The translations under genes and the position numbers were made by a program. Shown here in pieces: positions 9,576-18,940 of a stretch of 64,000 nucleotides of DNA (position 1 is its first letter; each line of letters opens with the position of its first letter). This DNA is from Phototrophicaceae bacterium (lineage in GTDB: Bacteria > Chloroflexota > Anaerolineae > Aggregatilineales > Phototrophicaceae): assembly GCA_965223835.1 (NCBI GenBank), contig CBDCXQ010000001.1, forward strand, positions 606,845-670,844, read 5' to 3'. The notes under the pieces are model-generated. The model saw only the letters and a list, made by a program, of their open reading frames with translations. It did not search any database and was not told where the DNA came from.

Positions 9576-9595
9576 CAGTGGGTTTAAACCCACTG
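9576..9595. repeat. Perfect 20-bp palindrome CAGTGGGTTTAAACCCACTG (candidate operator or hairpin) upstream of the GH127 gene
   Basis: Read directly: 10-nt arms are exact reverse complements with no spacer. It lies 60 nt upstream of the GH127 start, in the tag/GH127 divergent intergenic region. Confidence 0.6.
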
Positions 9596-9654
9596 CCTAC
9601 AAGCACAAGGTGCGTAAAGTCAGTTAAAATATTTTTCAAGAAGCGAGGCACACA

Positions 9655-11592
9655 TTGGTCAAACAAGTTGATTCGCTTAAGTCTGCCCGGTTACAAGCAG
9701 TCCGTTTTGGCGAAGGTTTCTGGGGAGACCGACTCCAGACTAACCGGACGGTAACGCTACCGGCGGTCCAGCATCAATCAGACATCACCGGACGCTTTGC
9801 TGCCTGGAAATTAGATTGGCAGCCGGGCGACCCCAATAAACCTCATTATTTTTGGGATTCTGACGGGGCCAAGTGGATTGAAGCCGCCGCCTATAGTCTG
9901 GCAACCCACCCGGACGCCCAACTGGAAGCGCAGGTTGATGCCATTATTGATTTAATTGCGCAGGCCCAGCACGCTGACGGCTATCTGAACATCTATTTCA
10001 CGGTCGTTGAGCCGGAAAAGCGCTGGCAGAACTTGCGTGATTGGCATGAACTGTACTGTGCCGGGCATCTAATCGAAGCGGCTGTCGCCTACTTTGAAGC
10101 CACCGGCAAGCGTCAATTGCTGGATGTTATGTGCCGCTATGTCGACTACATTGCGACGTTGTTTGGCCCGAACGAAGGTCAAAAGCGTGGGTACCCTGGT
10201 CATCAAGAGATCGAACTGGCGCTGGTGAAGTTGTATCGCATCACGGGCGCGGCGCAATATCTGGCGCTGAGTCAATTTTTCATTGACGAGCGCGGCCAAC
10301 AACCGCATTATTTCGACACCGAAGCGCTGGCACGTGGCGAGCGTTTGGCAGATTATTGGGCCAAAACGCATCAATATACGCAGTCCCATTTGCCGGTGCG
10401 TGAACAGCGTGAGCCGGTTGGTCATGCGGTGCGAGCCTGCTATTTATACGCGGGGATGGCGGATGTCGCGCTTGAGACCGGCGACACAGCGCTGGCGGCA
10501 GCCTGTAAACGCATCTGGGAAAACCTGACGGCGACCCAGATGTATATTACGGGCGGGATTGGGCCAACCTACCTCAACGAGGGTTTTACTACTGCCTATG
10601 ATTTGCCCAATGAAACGGCCTATGCTGAGACCTGTGCCGCGATTGCGCTGGTGTTCTGGGCGCAGCGTATGTTTCAGCTTGACCCGGATAGTCGCTACAC
10701 CGATGTGATAGAGCGGGCGCTGTATAATGGCGTCCTCAGCGGCGTCTCGCAGTTGGGGGATCGTTTCTTTTATGCCAATCCGCTGGCAGCCCAACCGCAT
10801 GTTCACCCCTACAATCCCCGGCATGCATTGGCGCACCCCGATTATATGCATTATCAACGTGAAGAATGGTTTGATTGTGCCTGTTGTCCGCCTAATCTGG
10901 CACGTCTGCTGGCAAGCCTGGGGCAATATGTTTACTCGACGGGACCCGATACGATTTATGTCCATTTGTATGCGGCATCCAGCCTGGAGTCGGCGGTCAA
11001 TGGGCAGGTCATCAAGGTGGAACAGCGCACAAATTATCCCTGGGATGAGCAGGTACAGATTGTGGTTCAGGCTGACCAACCCGCTCAATTCACACTCAGT
11101 TTACGCGTTCCGGGCTGGTGTGGTGAACCCAGCATTGCGGTGAATGGCGACTCGATTGATGCCCCGGTACATAAGGGTTATGCAACGATCGAGCGCGAAT
11201 GGCAGCCGGGCGATCAAGTCTTATTGAACTTGCCCATGCCGGTCGAGCGCGTCCAAGCGCACCCCAAAGTCTGGGCAAATGTCGGCCAGGTGGCGTTGCA
11301 ACGGGGACCCATCGTCTACTGTTTAGAGGAAGTAGATAATGGCCCCGATCTCGCCAGTATCGTACTTCCCAACGACGTGGAACTTCGCGCTGACTTCGAC
11401 GCGGACTTGCTTGGCGGAATCACGGTAGTTACGGGTACTGCGCTGCGCAGCACCAGTTCGACAACCGACCTGTACCAGTCAGCGGCAGCAGTCAACTCAG
11501 CCGTGCCCTTTAGCTTAAGGGCAATACCCTATGCATTATGGGCGAACCGGGAACCCGGTGAAATGCGCGTCTGGATTCAGGCAGGGACGTGA
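9655..11592 (+). CDS. GH127 family beta-L-arabinofuranosidase-like glycoside hydrolase (DUF1680)
   Basis: Contains HELYCAGHLIEAAVAY, ETCAAIALV and the WFDCACCPPNLARL Cys cluster typical of GH127. TTG start as given in the track. Confidence 0.85.
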   Translation: MVKQVDSLKSARLQAVRFGEGFWGDRLQTNRTVTLPAVQHQSDITGRFAAWKLDWQPGDPNKPHYFWDSDGAKWIEAAAYSLATHPDAQLEAQVDAIIDLIAQAQHADGYLNIYFTVVEPEKRWQNLRDWHELYCAGHLIEAAVAYFEATGKRQLLDVMCRYVDYIATLFGPNEGQKRGYPGHQEIELALVKLYRITGAAQYLALSQFFIDERGQQPHYFDTEALARGERLADYWAKTHQYTQSHLPVREQREPVGHAVRACYLYAGMADVALETGDTALAAACKRIWENLTATQMYITGGIGPTYLNEGFTTAYDLPNETAYAETCAAIALVFWAQRMFQLDPDSRYTDVIERALYNGVLSGVSQLGDRFFYANPLAAQPHVHPYNPRHALAHPDYMHYQREEWFDCACCPPNLARLLASLGQYVYSTGPDTIYVHLYAASSLESAVNGQVIKVEQRTNYPWDEQVQIVVQADQPAQFTLSLRVPGWCGEPSIAVNGDSIDAPVHKGYATIEREWQPGDQVLLNLPMPVERVQAHPKVWANVGQVALQRGPIVYCLEEVDNGPDLASIVLPNDVELRADFDADLLGGITVVTGTALRSTSSTTDLYQSAAAVNSAVPFSLRAIPYALWANREPGEMRVWIQAGT

Positions 11593-11667
11593 TGTGTGAT
11601 GTTCATCGTCATCCAGCCTGGGGCAAAATATTGTAAATTCTTTTGGTTTGATTGAGGGAAGTCCAAT

Positions 11668-12315
11668 TTGTCACTCTCTTTTTTGATGCCCGATCCCGGT
11701 TCCTGGGCGGACCGGGTGTTTACGTTTATCATCGCCAATTTGCTCTGGCTGTTTTGTGCAGTGCTGGTGCTGCCTTTACCGGCGGCGACCGCCGGGCTGT
11801 TTGCAACGTTGATGCCCTGGATGCGGGGCAAGGATAAAGAAGTTTTTGTCGTCTTTTTTGGGACGATGCGCCGCCTCTGGTTGAAAAGCACCCTGCTACT
11901 GGTAGTTGATGTCGCCATCATTGCCCTGCTGCTGCTGAATTTCCGGTTAATGAACCTCATGGACCAGGACAATATCTTGCTCTGGTTTGCGCGTAGTGCG
12001 CAGATTTTTGTCTTGCTGGCCGTGTTAATGACCAATGTTTATCTGTGGCCGCTGCTCGTGCTCTTCGATTTACCCCTGCGGCGGCTGGTATCGGTATCGG
12101 TGCGGCTGGGGCTGGTGCATCCCTTTTGGACGCTGCTGGTGATCGGGTTGGCCGTTTTGCCGATTCTGTCAGGGCTGATTGTGCCCGGCGTGATCATTAT
12201 TCTGGGAGGCGGCTCAGCGATTGCATTCATCGTTAACTGGGGAGCCTGGCGCATCATCAAACTTCATGCCACCCCCGAAGAATTAGCGGAATTGGATGAA
12301 CTGGACCGGGAGTAA
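11668..12315 (+). CDS. DUF624 (YesL-like) membrane protein
   Basis: FIIANLLWLFCAVLVLPLPAATAGLFATL followed by further TM segments, in a sugar-utilisation context. TTG 11668 is preceded by GAGGGA; ATG 11686 is an alternative. Confidence 0.6.
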   Translation: MSLSFLMPDPGSWADRVFTFIIANLLWLFCAVLVLPLPAATAGLFATLMPWMRGKDKEVFVVFFGTMRRLWLKSTLLLVVDVAIIALLLLNFRLMNLMDQDNILLWFARSAQIFVLLAVLMTNVYLWPLLVLFDLPLRRLVSVSVRLGLVHPFWTLLVIGLAVLPILSGLIVPGVIIILGGGSAIAFIVNWGAWRIIKLHATPEELAELDELDRE

Positions 12316-12320
12316 ACCCG

Positions 12321-12851
12321 TTGAATAGACATATTCTCGCGGTGTGCCTGGATTGTGGTGACACCCTGGTTGACGAAGCCACCGAAATCAAAGATGAACG
12401 CGAAGTCACGCAGCAAGCCGATCTGATTCCGGGTGCGGCGGCGATGGTACGTGGCATCAAGCAGCGGGGTTATCCACTGGCCCTGGTGGCCGATGGCCCG
12501 GTGGGGACGTTCCATAATGTGCTGCATCAACATCACCTGTACGAGTTGTTCGATGTATTTGCGATTTCAGGCGAAGTCGGCGTGAGTAAGCCGGATGCGC
12601 GAATGTTCCAGCACGCGCTGGATCAACTGAACATCGCGCCTGCTGATTATGGTCGGGTGGTGATGCTCGGCAATCATCTGGGGCGGGACATCAAAGGAGC
12701 GAACGCGCTGGGGATCATCAGCGTGTGGCTCAACTGGTCGCCACGTCGGTCCAAAGTCCCGGCGGACTCTACAGAAGTGCCACGCTATACGCTACAATCG
12801 CCCGCAGACTTTTTACCGTTAATTGAGCAGATTGAAGCGACATTCTCATGA
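12321..12851 (+). CDS. HAD-superfamily hydrolase
   Basis: HAD motif I is CLDCGDTLVDE. The later blocks LALVADGP and GNHLGRDIKGANALG are also present. The stop overlaps the next start as ATGA. Confidence 0.7.
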   Translation: MNRHILAVCLDCGDTLVDEATEIKDEREVTQQADLIPGAAAMVRGIKQRGYPLALVADGPVGTFHNVLHQHHLYELFDVFAISGEVGVSKPDARMFQHALDQLNIAPADYGRVVMLGNHLGRDIKGANALGIISVWLNWSPRRSKVPADSTEVPRYTLQSPADFLPLIEQIEATFS

Positions 12852-13449
12852 CCCAAACGCAAACCGCCATCCATCCGTTGATTTCCCAACGCCGTAGTCC
12901 CCGCGCCTACCAACCAACGTTGGTTGCACCAGAAACATTGACCGGTTGCTAGAAGCGGCACGCTGGGCCGCCTCGTCACGTAATCGCCAGCCCTGGCATT
13001 TTATTGTGGCGACCAAAGATGACCCACAGGAATATGAGCGTCTCTTTCATTGCTTGCTGGAAGGCAACCAGAAGTGGGCACAGACTGCGCCGGTTTTGAT
13101 GCTGGTGGTTGCGCTGATGGAAGAGGCTGGTACGCCCATTCGCCATAGCTGGTATGACAGCGGTTTGGCAGTCGGCAACCTGACCGTGCAGGCGCTGGCG
13201 GAAGGCTTGATGCTGCGTCAGATGGGTGGCATCGACCGCGACAAAGCCCGACAGGTTTACGACATTCCCGCCGACTATGAAGCCATTTGCGGCCTGGCAA
13301 TCGGCTATCCGGCTGATCCTAATACCCTGCCCGATGAACAACGCGAACGCGAAACCGCCCCCCGCGTGCGCAAGGCGCTGAGCGAGTTTGTGTTCACCGG
13401 CGAATGGGGTCAGGCTTCAAAGCTGGTTGATGGTCAGGACCAGGCATAG
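12848..13449 (+). pseudogene. Nitroreductase-family gene interrupted by a 1-nt frameshift near 12940
   Basis: ATG 12848 gives MTQTQTAIHPLISQRRSPRAYQPTLVAPETL, then TAG at 12950. The +2 frame continues (NI)DRLLEAARWAASSRNRQPWHFIV... to 13449. Adding one G in TTGAC (12938-12942) restores PETLDRLLEAARW. Confidence 0.75.
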
Positions 13450-13462
13450 TCCTGTAACATGC

Positions 13463-14107
13463 CTATTCCAGTTTGATACCAGCGGCCATGCCATCACCAA
13501 TGGCGAAGATGGTGCTGTAGAGACGCTTATTCGCAGCCAGTGCCTGATTGAATTCGTGCATAATCCGGTCATCATCGCTTTGCGGGTCCATGACGCGGCC
13601 CCCACGAAAAGCATTATGTGCGGTGACGATTCCACCAATCCGCAAGTTCTCAACCGCCCAGTCCAGGTATTGCGGATAGCTACCTTTGTCGGCATCGATG
13701 AACACCAGATCAAACGGACCCGACCCCGTGAGTTTGGCTAATGATTGCAGCCCAGGACCTTCCAGCAGTTCAACCTGTTGACTGAGGCCAGCCCGTTCGA
13801 AACTGGCACGGGCAACTGCTGCGTGTTTGCTACTGGCTTCCAGCGTATACAATTTGCCGGTGACGGGCAGGGCACGGGCCAGCCAGGTCCCGCTATACCC
13901 GGCCAGGGTGCCGATTTCGACCACTTTTTGGGCTTGTGTGACCTTGACCAGAAATTGTAGCAACCGGCCTTCCTGCGGTGCGAGGCTGATTTGTGGCATG
14001 TCATTGCGACGCGTTTCGGCCTGAATCGTTGTCAAAACGTCATCTTCGGCTGCGAAAAGGTCGGTAACATACTGTTCAAATGTCTGCTGCTTATCTGCCA
14101 TGCTCAA
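13463..14107 (-). CDS. Class I SAM-dependent O-methyltransferase (family 3, caffeoyl-CoA OMT-like)
   Basis: Contains QKVVEIGTLAGYSGTWLARAL and FDLVFIDADK. Confidence 0.8.
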   Translation of the reverse strand: MSMADKQQTFEQYVTDLFAAEDDVLTTIQAETRRNDMPQISLAPQEGRLLQFLVKVTQAQKVVEIGTLAGYSGTWLARALPVTGKLYTLEASSKHAAVARASFERAGLSQQVELLEGPGLQSLAKLTGSGPFDLVFIDADKGSYPQYLDWAVENLRIGGIVTAHNAFRGGRVMDPQSDDDRIMHEFNQALAANKRLYSTIFAIGDGMAAGIKLE

Positions 14108-14121
14108 AGCTCCCGTTTTAC

Positions 14122-15084
14122 TTAGTCCTGTGGATTGTGATGTGATGCTTGTTTCTTTTTGACCGGTTGGCCGCGCTGTAAGACAAAATGATCCATATCC
14201 CTTGCTACATAGGCATCGGGGAATACCGCCCGTGCCTCGGCAATAATATCGCGTTCGCGGTAGCGCCGCGAGACATGCGTGAGGATCAGCGTTTTGACAC
14301 CGGTTTCGCTTGCCAGGGTAGCGGCCTGTTTGGCAGTAATATGGCCGAAGGCTTGGGCCGTATCCGCATCATCTTCCAGAAAAGTGGCCTCGATCACCAG
14401 GGCGTCGGCATCCTTAACGTATTCGTGGATATTATCCGTGCGGCCCACGTCACCGATATGGACCAGTTTGACACCGGGTATCGCATCACCCAGTACCATC
14501 TCTGGTGTGATGACCCGGCCATCGGCCAGCGTAACGGATTCGCCGCGCACCAGGTCGCCGCGAATCGGGCCAGCAGGAACGCCGAGTGCTTCGGCCTTTT
14601 CAACCAGAAAAGGGCTGTGCGTTTTTTGCTGAAAGATGAAGCCGAAATTGCCCCGCCCGCGATGCGTGACCGGGAAGGCGTGGACGGTATAATCTTTGGC
14701 TTCGATCATTTTGCCAGGGCGCAAATCAATCAAATGCGGTTTAATTGGGAGCCGGTCAAAATCGAGCACGACACCGTACAATAATTTTTGCACCCGGTTG
14801 AGGGTATGTTCGCCGCCCCAGATCTCGATCTCATCGATATTTTCCCAGCGTACAAAGGTTGAGATCAACCCGCCCAAACCCAGAATATGATCGAGGTGGG
14901 CATGTGTCAAAAATATCCGATTGAGGCGTTTGAAGCCGATGCCGCTGCGCAAAATCTGGCGCTGGGTGCCTTCGCCACAGTCGATCAAAAAGCGTTGTTC
15001 ACCGGCCAGAATGGCCTGTGAGGGGAGACCGCGATAAACCGATGGTGCCGAGGCCGATGTTCCAAGAAAGACGATTTCAAACAT
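14122..15084 (-). CDS. rnz: Ribonuclease Z (metallo-beta-lactamase fold)
   Basis: MFEIVFLGTSASAPSVYRGLPS, LIDCGEGTQRQ and the FLTHAHLDHILGLGGL HxHxDH motif. Confidence 0.85.
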   Translation of the reverse strand: MFEIVFLGTSASAPSVYRGLPSQAILAGEQRFLIDCGEGTQRQILRSGIGFKRLNRIFLTHAHLDHILGLGGLISTFVRWENIDEIEIWGGEHTLNRVQKLLYGVVLDFDRLPIKPHLIDLRPGKMIEAKDYTVHAFPVTHRGRGNFGFIFQQKTHSPFLVEKAEALGVPAGPIRGDLVRGESVTLADGRVITPEMVLGDAIPGVKLVHIGDVGRTDNIHEYVKDADALVIEATFLEDDADTAQAFGHITAKQAATLASETGVKTLILTHVSRRYRERDIIAEARAVFPDAYVARDMDHFVLQRGQPVKKKQASHHNPQD

Positions 15085-15085
15085 T

Positions 15086-17122
15086 TTATTCTACTGTGAT
15101 TGTGTTGGCAGCGAGAAAGAGGCGCGTGCCGCGTGCCTGATTGTTGACCAGTACCGGCAGACGCATGTCATCTGTATCCTGATAGGCACCAATCGAAATG
15201 GTGTAGTTCCCCGCCGGGGTCGAGTTGGGTAGTTGCACAAACGTGATCTGAATAAAGACGTCACGCGGGCGCAACTGCGTCGCCAGCACGCTGAGCGTAT
15301 CGGTCTGGGAAATGATCGCTACCGGGTCGGAGAGCACATGGGTGAACAGCCGGATGTCGGGCGGCGGCGGTCCTTCAACCCGCCAGTAACCGATTGATGT
15401 GATGATGTCGCCCGGCTGGAATATAGTCGGCGGCAGATGCTCATACCCCAAAAAGGTCACATTGCCTCCAAATGCTACCGGTGGCAATGTGACCTCGGCA
15501 CCGCCCGGTGCTTCCGGGGCATATGTTACCGGGGTTGTCGTTGTAAATTCTCCAATTTTGTCGGCTAACTGCGCACTGACATTCATCAGGATGACAGCAT
15601 CGGGTGGCAGGTCGTCAGTGGCTTGCAGCTTGCCCCGCATCAACCAGTCCTGCAAATAGGGATGGACATCGGCGAGTGAATCCTCGTTGGTCATGATAAT
15701 TTGCTGGTGTTCGCCACCGTTGGTTAAGATCAGACCCGTGCCACAATCCGCGTAGCGAATGTCACGATTGCGACTATGCATCATCAACAGTAAAAGCTGG
15801 GTTTCGCTTAGCTCTGACCGGGGTGTTGTGCGTGAAATAGTGGGTGTACAAATCACCGTCGGCAAGGTATGGGCGGTGCGGTCAATGTGATTGGCGATCT
15901 GGCCCAGGCGTCCGTTGAAGCTGGCATAGACTGCCGGGACTTGCGGCCATTTGACGAACAGGTCCTGGGTCAACCACACTACATTGAATCCCAATAACGC
16001 GACGAATCCCAACCACAAAAGCAGTTGCGCCTGACCCTTGAGTTTGGTGTACAGGGATGTTACACCCAGCCCAAAAAACAGCGCCAGCATGGGCAGTATT
16101 ACCACTATCGTCTGGAAATCGGGGCTGTTGTTGCTTAAGAAGGCGACCGGCAGCAAGAACAGCAAGCTCACCAGCGGCAACAGGAAGCGGGGACGCCGCC
16201 AGTTACGTACCGCCATGACAACACCCACGATAATGAGCAGCCCGCTCAACGGGTCCACTAACGGGCGTCCTGGAACATTGGTGATTACTGACTCATCCCC
16301 AATGCCAACGATGCCCACCAGGCTGTCAAATATTGCGGCTAAAGGTGGCTTCGTCCAGATATGATAATCGCCTAATAAACGGCTGGCTGCGGCCAAATCA
16401 GGCAAGCGAATGCTGGAAATGAGGTAGGGCATGGCAACGATGATCATCATCAAGATCGCAAAGCCGATGTAGCTGAGGGTTCGTCGTGACAATTTGTGCG
16501 GTGAAGCAACCATGTAAATGATAAAGATGATGACGCCCAGCACCAGCAACAGGTGCGCCGGATGGATATAAAAACCCAATCCGAGCAGCAACCCTAATGC
16601 GGCAAAGGGCGTTGTGCCGGGTTCGCGGGGTGGGGCTTGATAATAGACCGGGAGTGCCCGTGCCAGCGCCAATAATACGCCGGCAATCAGCAACAACAGC
16701 AGCGCATCACGGCCAACCGTGCGTGCCAGAATGGTCGGCCACAAGCCCAGGACGAGCAGCGCCAGCGCCGCTACCCCGCCCAACGGTCCATAGAGCCGGG
16801 TCGCCAGTGCATAGATGACCGCCAGCATCAATATACTTGCCATGACCGACAGTAAGCGATAACTGATTAATCCGCGCCCGGTAATGGCCGTCGTCGCGGC
16901 AAGCAGGGTGGGATAGAGGCCCTCCCGTCCGCCAGTTGCCCCTAATGACTCCAGGTTGTAAAAGACCGAGACATTGCCGTTACGAACGGTTTCAGCGATG
17001 CGAATCGCCGTGATCTCGTCCGCTGAAAATCCCGGCGGTAGCGCTGCCAGATTCCAGAAGCGTACACCGGCCCCCAACAGCAAGAGGATGGTGGCTAGCG
17101 CAAACCCAATTCGACTCGACAA
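15086..17122 (-). CDS. GT-C fold membrane glycosyltransferase (GT39/ArnT-like) with a C-terminal soluble domain
   Basis: Many TM segments and a first-loop acidic motif, GFSADEITAIRIAE. The C-terminal roughly 200 aa are non-membrane. Confidence 0.65.
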   Translation of the reverse strand: MSSRIGFALATILLLLGAGVRFWNLAALPPGFSADEITAIRIAETVRNGNVSVFYNLESLGATGGREGLYPTLLAATTAITGRGLISYRLLSVMASILMLAVIYALATRLYGPLGGVAALALLVLGLWPTILARTVGRDALLLLLIAGVLLALARALPVYYQAPPREPGTTPFAALGLLLGLGFYIHPAHLLLVLGVIIFIIYMVASPHKLSRRTLSYIGFAILMMIIVAMPYLISSIRLPDLAAASRLLGDYHIWTKPPLAAIFDSLVGIVGIGDESVITNVPGRPLVDPLSGLLIIVGVVMAVRNWRRPRFLLPLVSLLFLLPVAFLSNNSPDFQTIVVILPMLALFFGLGVTSLYTKLKGQAQLLLWLGFVALLGFNVVWLTQDLFVKWPQVPAVYASFNGRLGQIANHIDRTAHTLPTVICTPTISRTTPRSELSETQLLLLMMHSRNRDIRYADCGTGLILTNGGEHQQIIMTNEDSLADVHPYLQDWLMRGKLQATDDLPPDAVILMNVSAQLADKIGEFTTTTPVTYAPEAPGGAEVTLPPVAFGGNVTFLGYEHLPPTIFQPGDIITSIGYWRVEGPPPPDIRLFTHVLSDPVAIISQTDTLSVLATQLRPRDVFIQITFVQLPNSTPAGNYTISIGAYQDTDDMRLPVLVNNQARGTRLFLAANTITVE

Positions 17123-17220
17123 TTGGATAATCCCCCGAATGGAGCGCTAAGTACAAAATAAAGGGTATTCACAACGCAATCGAGCAGAATATTGCCCGGT
17201 AGATTCTGGTCAGGCGTTGC

Positions 17221-17751
17221 TCATAAGGCCGTTGCCCAGGCGGTAAAAGCCAACACCAGAATGCCCAGTCCGGCATTGATCCAGGTGAGCCGAACTTCAA
17301 ACCGGCGCAGACGGGACCATTCATCCTGATTGTCTTTGGCTCGTTCGGCCAACATACTGGCTCGTTCCAGTGCTGGTGCCACCCAGAACTGTAGAATCAC
17401 GCCACAGATAACCATGCCCCCGACCGCAATATGCTTCAGCAAAATCGCCTGGCTCCAGACGTTGGTGAATTGTAGCACACCTTCATAATTTGGGTCAGCC
17501 GTCATCTGGAATAAGCCGGTCACCACCAATACCACGAGGCTAAAGTTGCTGAGCGGCAGAAACCGCTGGCGCAGGCGCGTCAAAAAACGGTACATGCCCG
17601 GATTATCGGCCAGCAAGCGGCGCGTCTCCGGCCAGACCAATATGGTTAAAATCACCAGCCCGCCAATCCAGACGACCGTTGCCAGCAGATGGAAGAACAG
17701 GCTAATCACAAGGGTCGACTGGGACAAGACCACGCGCCTCCGGGCTACCAT
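17221..17751 (-). CDS. CopD-like integral membrane protein
   Basis: FHLLATVVWIGGLVILTILVWP plus 4-5 TM segments. Start set to ATG 17751 to limit overlap with the upstream gene (stop at 17702); the start is uncertain. Confidence 0.4.
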   Translation of the reverse strand: MVARRRVVLSQSTLVISLFFHLLATVVWIGGLVILTILVWPETRRLLADNPGMYRFLTRLRQRFLPLSNFSLVVLVVTGLFQMTADPNYEGVLQFTNVWSQAILLKHIAVGGMVICGVILQFWVAPALERASMLAERAKDNQDEWSRLRRFEVRLTWINAGLGILVLAFTAWATAL

Positions 17752-18940
17752 TAAAGCGAGCGGGAATAACACGATCGCCACAATATTTTGCCATATTCGC
17801 CAGATCTTTATAGGCGGGTCGGCTGGCCCCGTTAGGAAAAACAATCGACCACCAGTATTCCTCGTCGGCTTCGGTCCAGGCCGGGTCGGCGACATAAATC
17901 GTCGTCATCAATCCCATCCAGGGCCGCCAGTGGTCCGCCGCGTACTGGTAGGCCTCAACCAGATATTGGGCCTGGGTATCTTCGTCTACCGCATACCAGG
18001 AATAATCCGGGTTGATACCGGTGGTATCCATGTTCCACCCCATTTCCAAAATCGCCATTTGCCGCGCCGCATCGCCATTGGCAACCATGATCTCACGCAG
18101 GTCTTCAACCCGGCGAAACGTAAAGAAGCGCTGACTGCCGCTGGCAACGGCTTCGTCCGGACTAAGCTGCGGGGCGGAGTAGCCCGGTGCGTGAACCCCA
18201 ACCACATCGATATATTGCTGGAAATCGGCGTCGTACAGCGCCTGTAAATATTGGTCATCTGGCTGGGCGATCTCACAGCAATCGCCAGTGGGCGATAATC
18301 CGGCAGAGATGATGATGGCGGCGGGGTCGGCGGCCCGAATCGCCGCACTACAGCGCCGCAACATCTCAACATAGGTCGCGACGTCGGGTGGCTGGTTGCC
18401 CCATTCACGGCTCAGGTTGGGTTCGTTCCACACCTGATAGGCAGCGATGCGGCCTGGATAGCGACTGGCAACTGCACCACAGTATGCGGCCCAGTCGTCC
18501 ATAAATGCCGGTTCCGGTGGGATGTCGATGAAATCAACATCTTTGACACCGGTTGAATTGGGATGGACCCAGTCGGGCGCATCGCTCAGCCGGACCACGA
18601 GTTCCAGGTTGCGCCGCTCGGTTTCGCCCAGGATCTGGTCCATCCGCGCAAAATTCCATTCGCCGGGTCCCGGTTCGACATCTTCCCAGGCGACGATTTG
18701 CTTGACATGGCTGAAGACCATGCGCTGAATCATATCGAGGCGCAACCCGGCGAAACCGTCATCCCACCATAGAAAGGCATGGATGCCATACGTCAAGGGT
18801 GTGAAGGGTGGATCTACGACGGCAGCAGCGGCGAAGGGATCGGCTGGTGGTCGGTTGGCTAACCCAACGGCGATCAGTAATCCAATCAGGACCAGCAGCA
18901 CGATACTGATCCTGAGGCGACGCTGTTGTAAAACGGCCAT
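17702..18940 (-). CDS. Membrane-anchored clan GH-A-like glycoside hydrolase (paralog 1)
   Basis: N-terminal TM segment LRISIVLLVLIGLLIAVGL, acid/base-type motif YQVWNEPNLSREWG and nucleophile-type motif AILEMGW. Start ATG 18940 overlaps the upstream stop (TGATG). Confidence 0.6.
   Translation of the reverse strand: MAVLQQRRLRISIVLLVLIGLLIAVGLANRPPADPFAAAAVVDPPFTPLTYGIHAFLWWDDGFAGLRLDMIQRMVFSHVKQIVAWEDVEPGPGEWNFARMDQILGETERRNLELVVRLSDAPDWVHPNSTGVKDVDFIDIPPEPAFMDDWAAYCGAVASRYPGRIAAYQVWNEPNLSREWGNQPPDVATYVEMLRRCSAAIRAADPAAIIISAGLSPTGDCCEIAQPDDQYLQALYDADFQQYIDVVGVHAPGYSAPQLSPDEAVASGSQRFFTFRRVEDLREIMVANGDAARQMAILEMGWNMDTTGINPDYSWYAVDEDTQAQYLVEAYQYAADHWRPWMGLMTTIYVADPAWTEADEEYWWSIVFPNGASRPAYKDLANMAKYCGDRVIPARFNGSPEARGLVPVDPCD

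Noticed and set aside
17546-18247. 233-aa plus-strand ORF; similar cases at 20813-21460, 10444-11088, 14188-14784, 29271-29861, 33662-34204, 44136-44678 and 1641-2192
   Set aside because: All lie antisense to genes with clear family signatures and have no motifs of their own.
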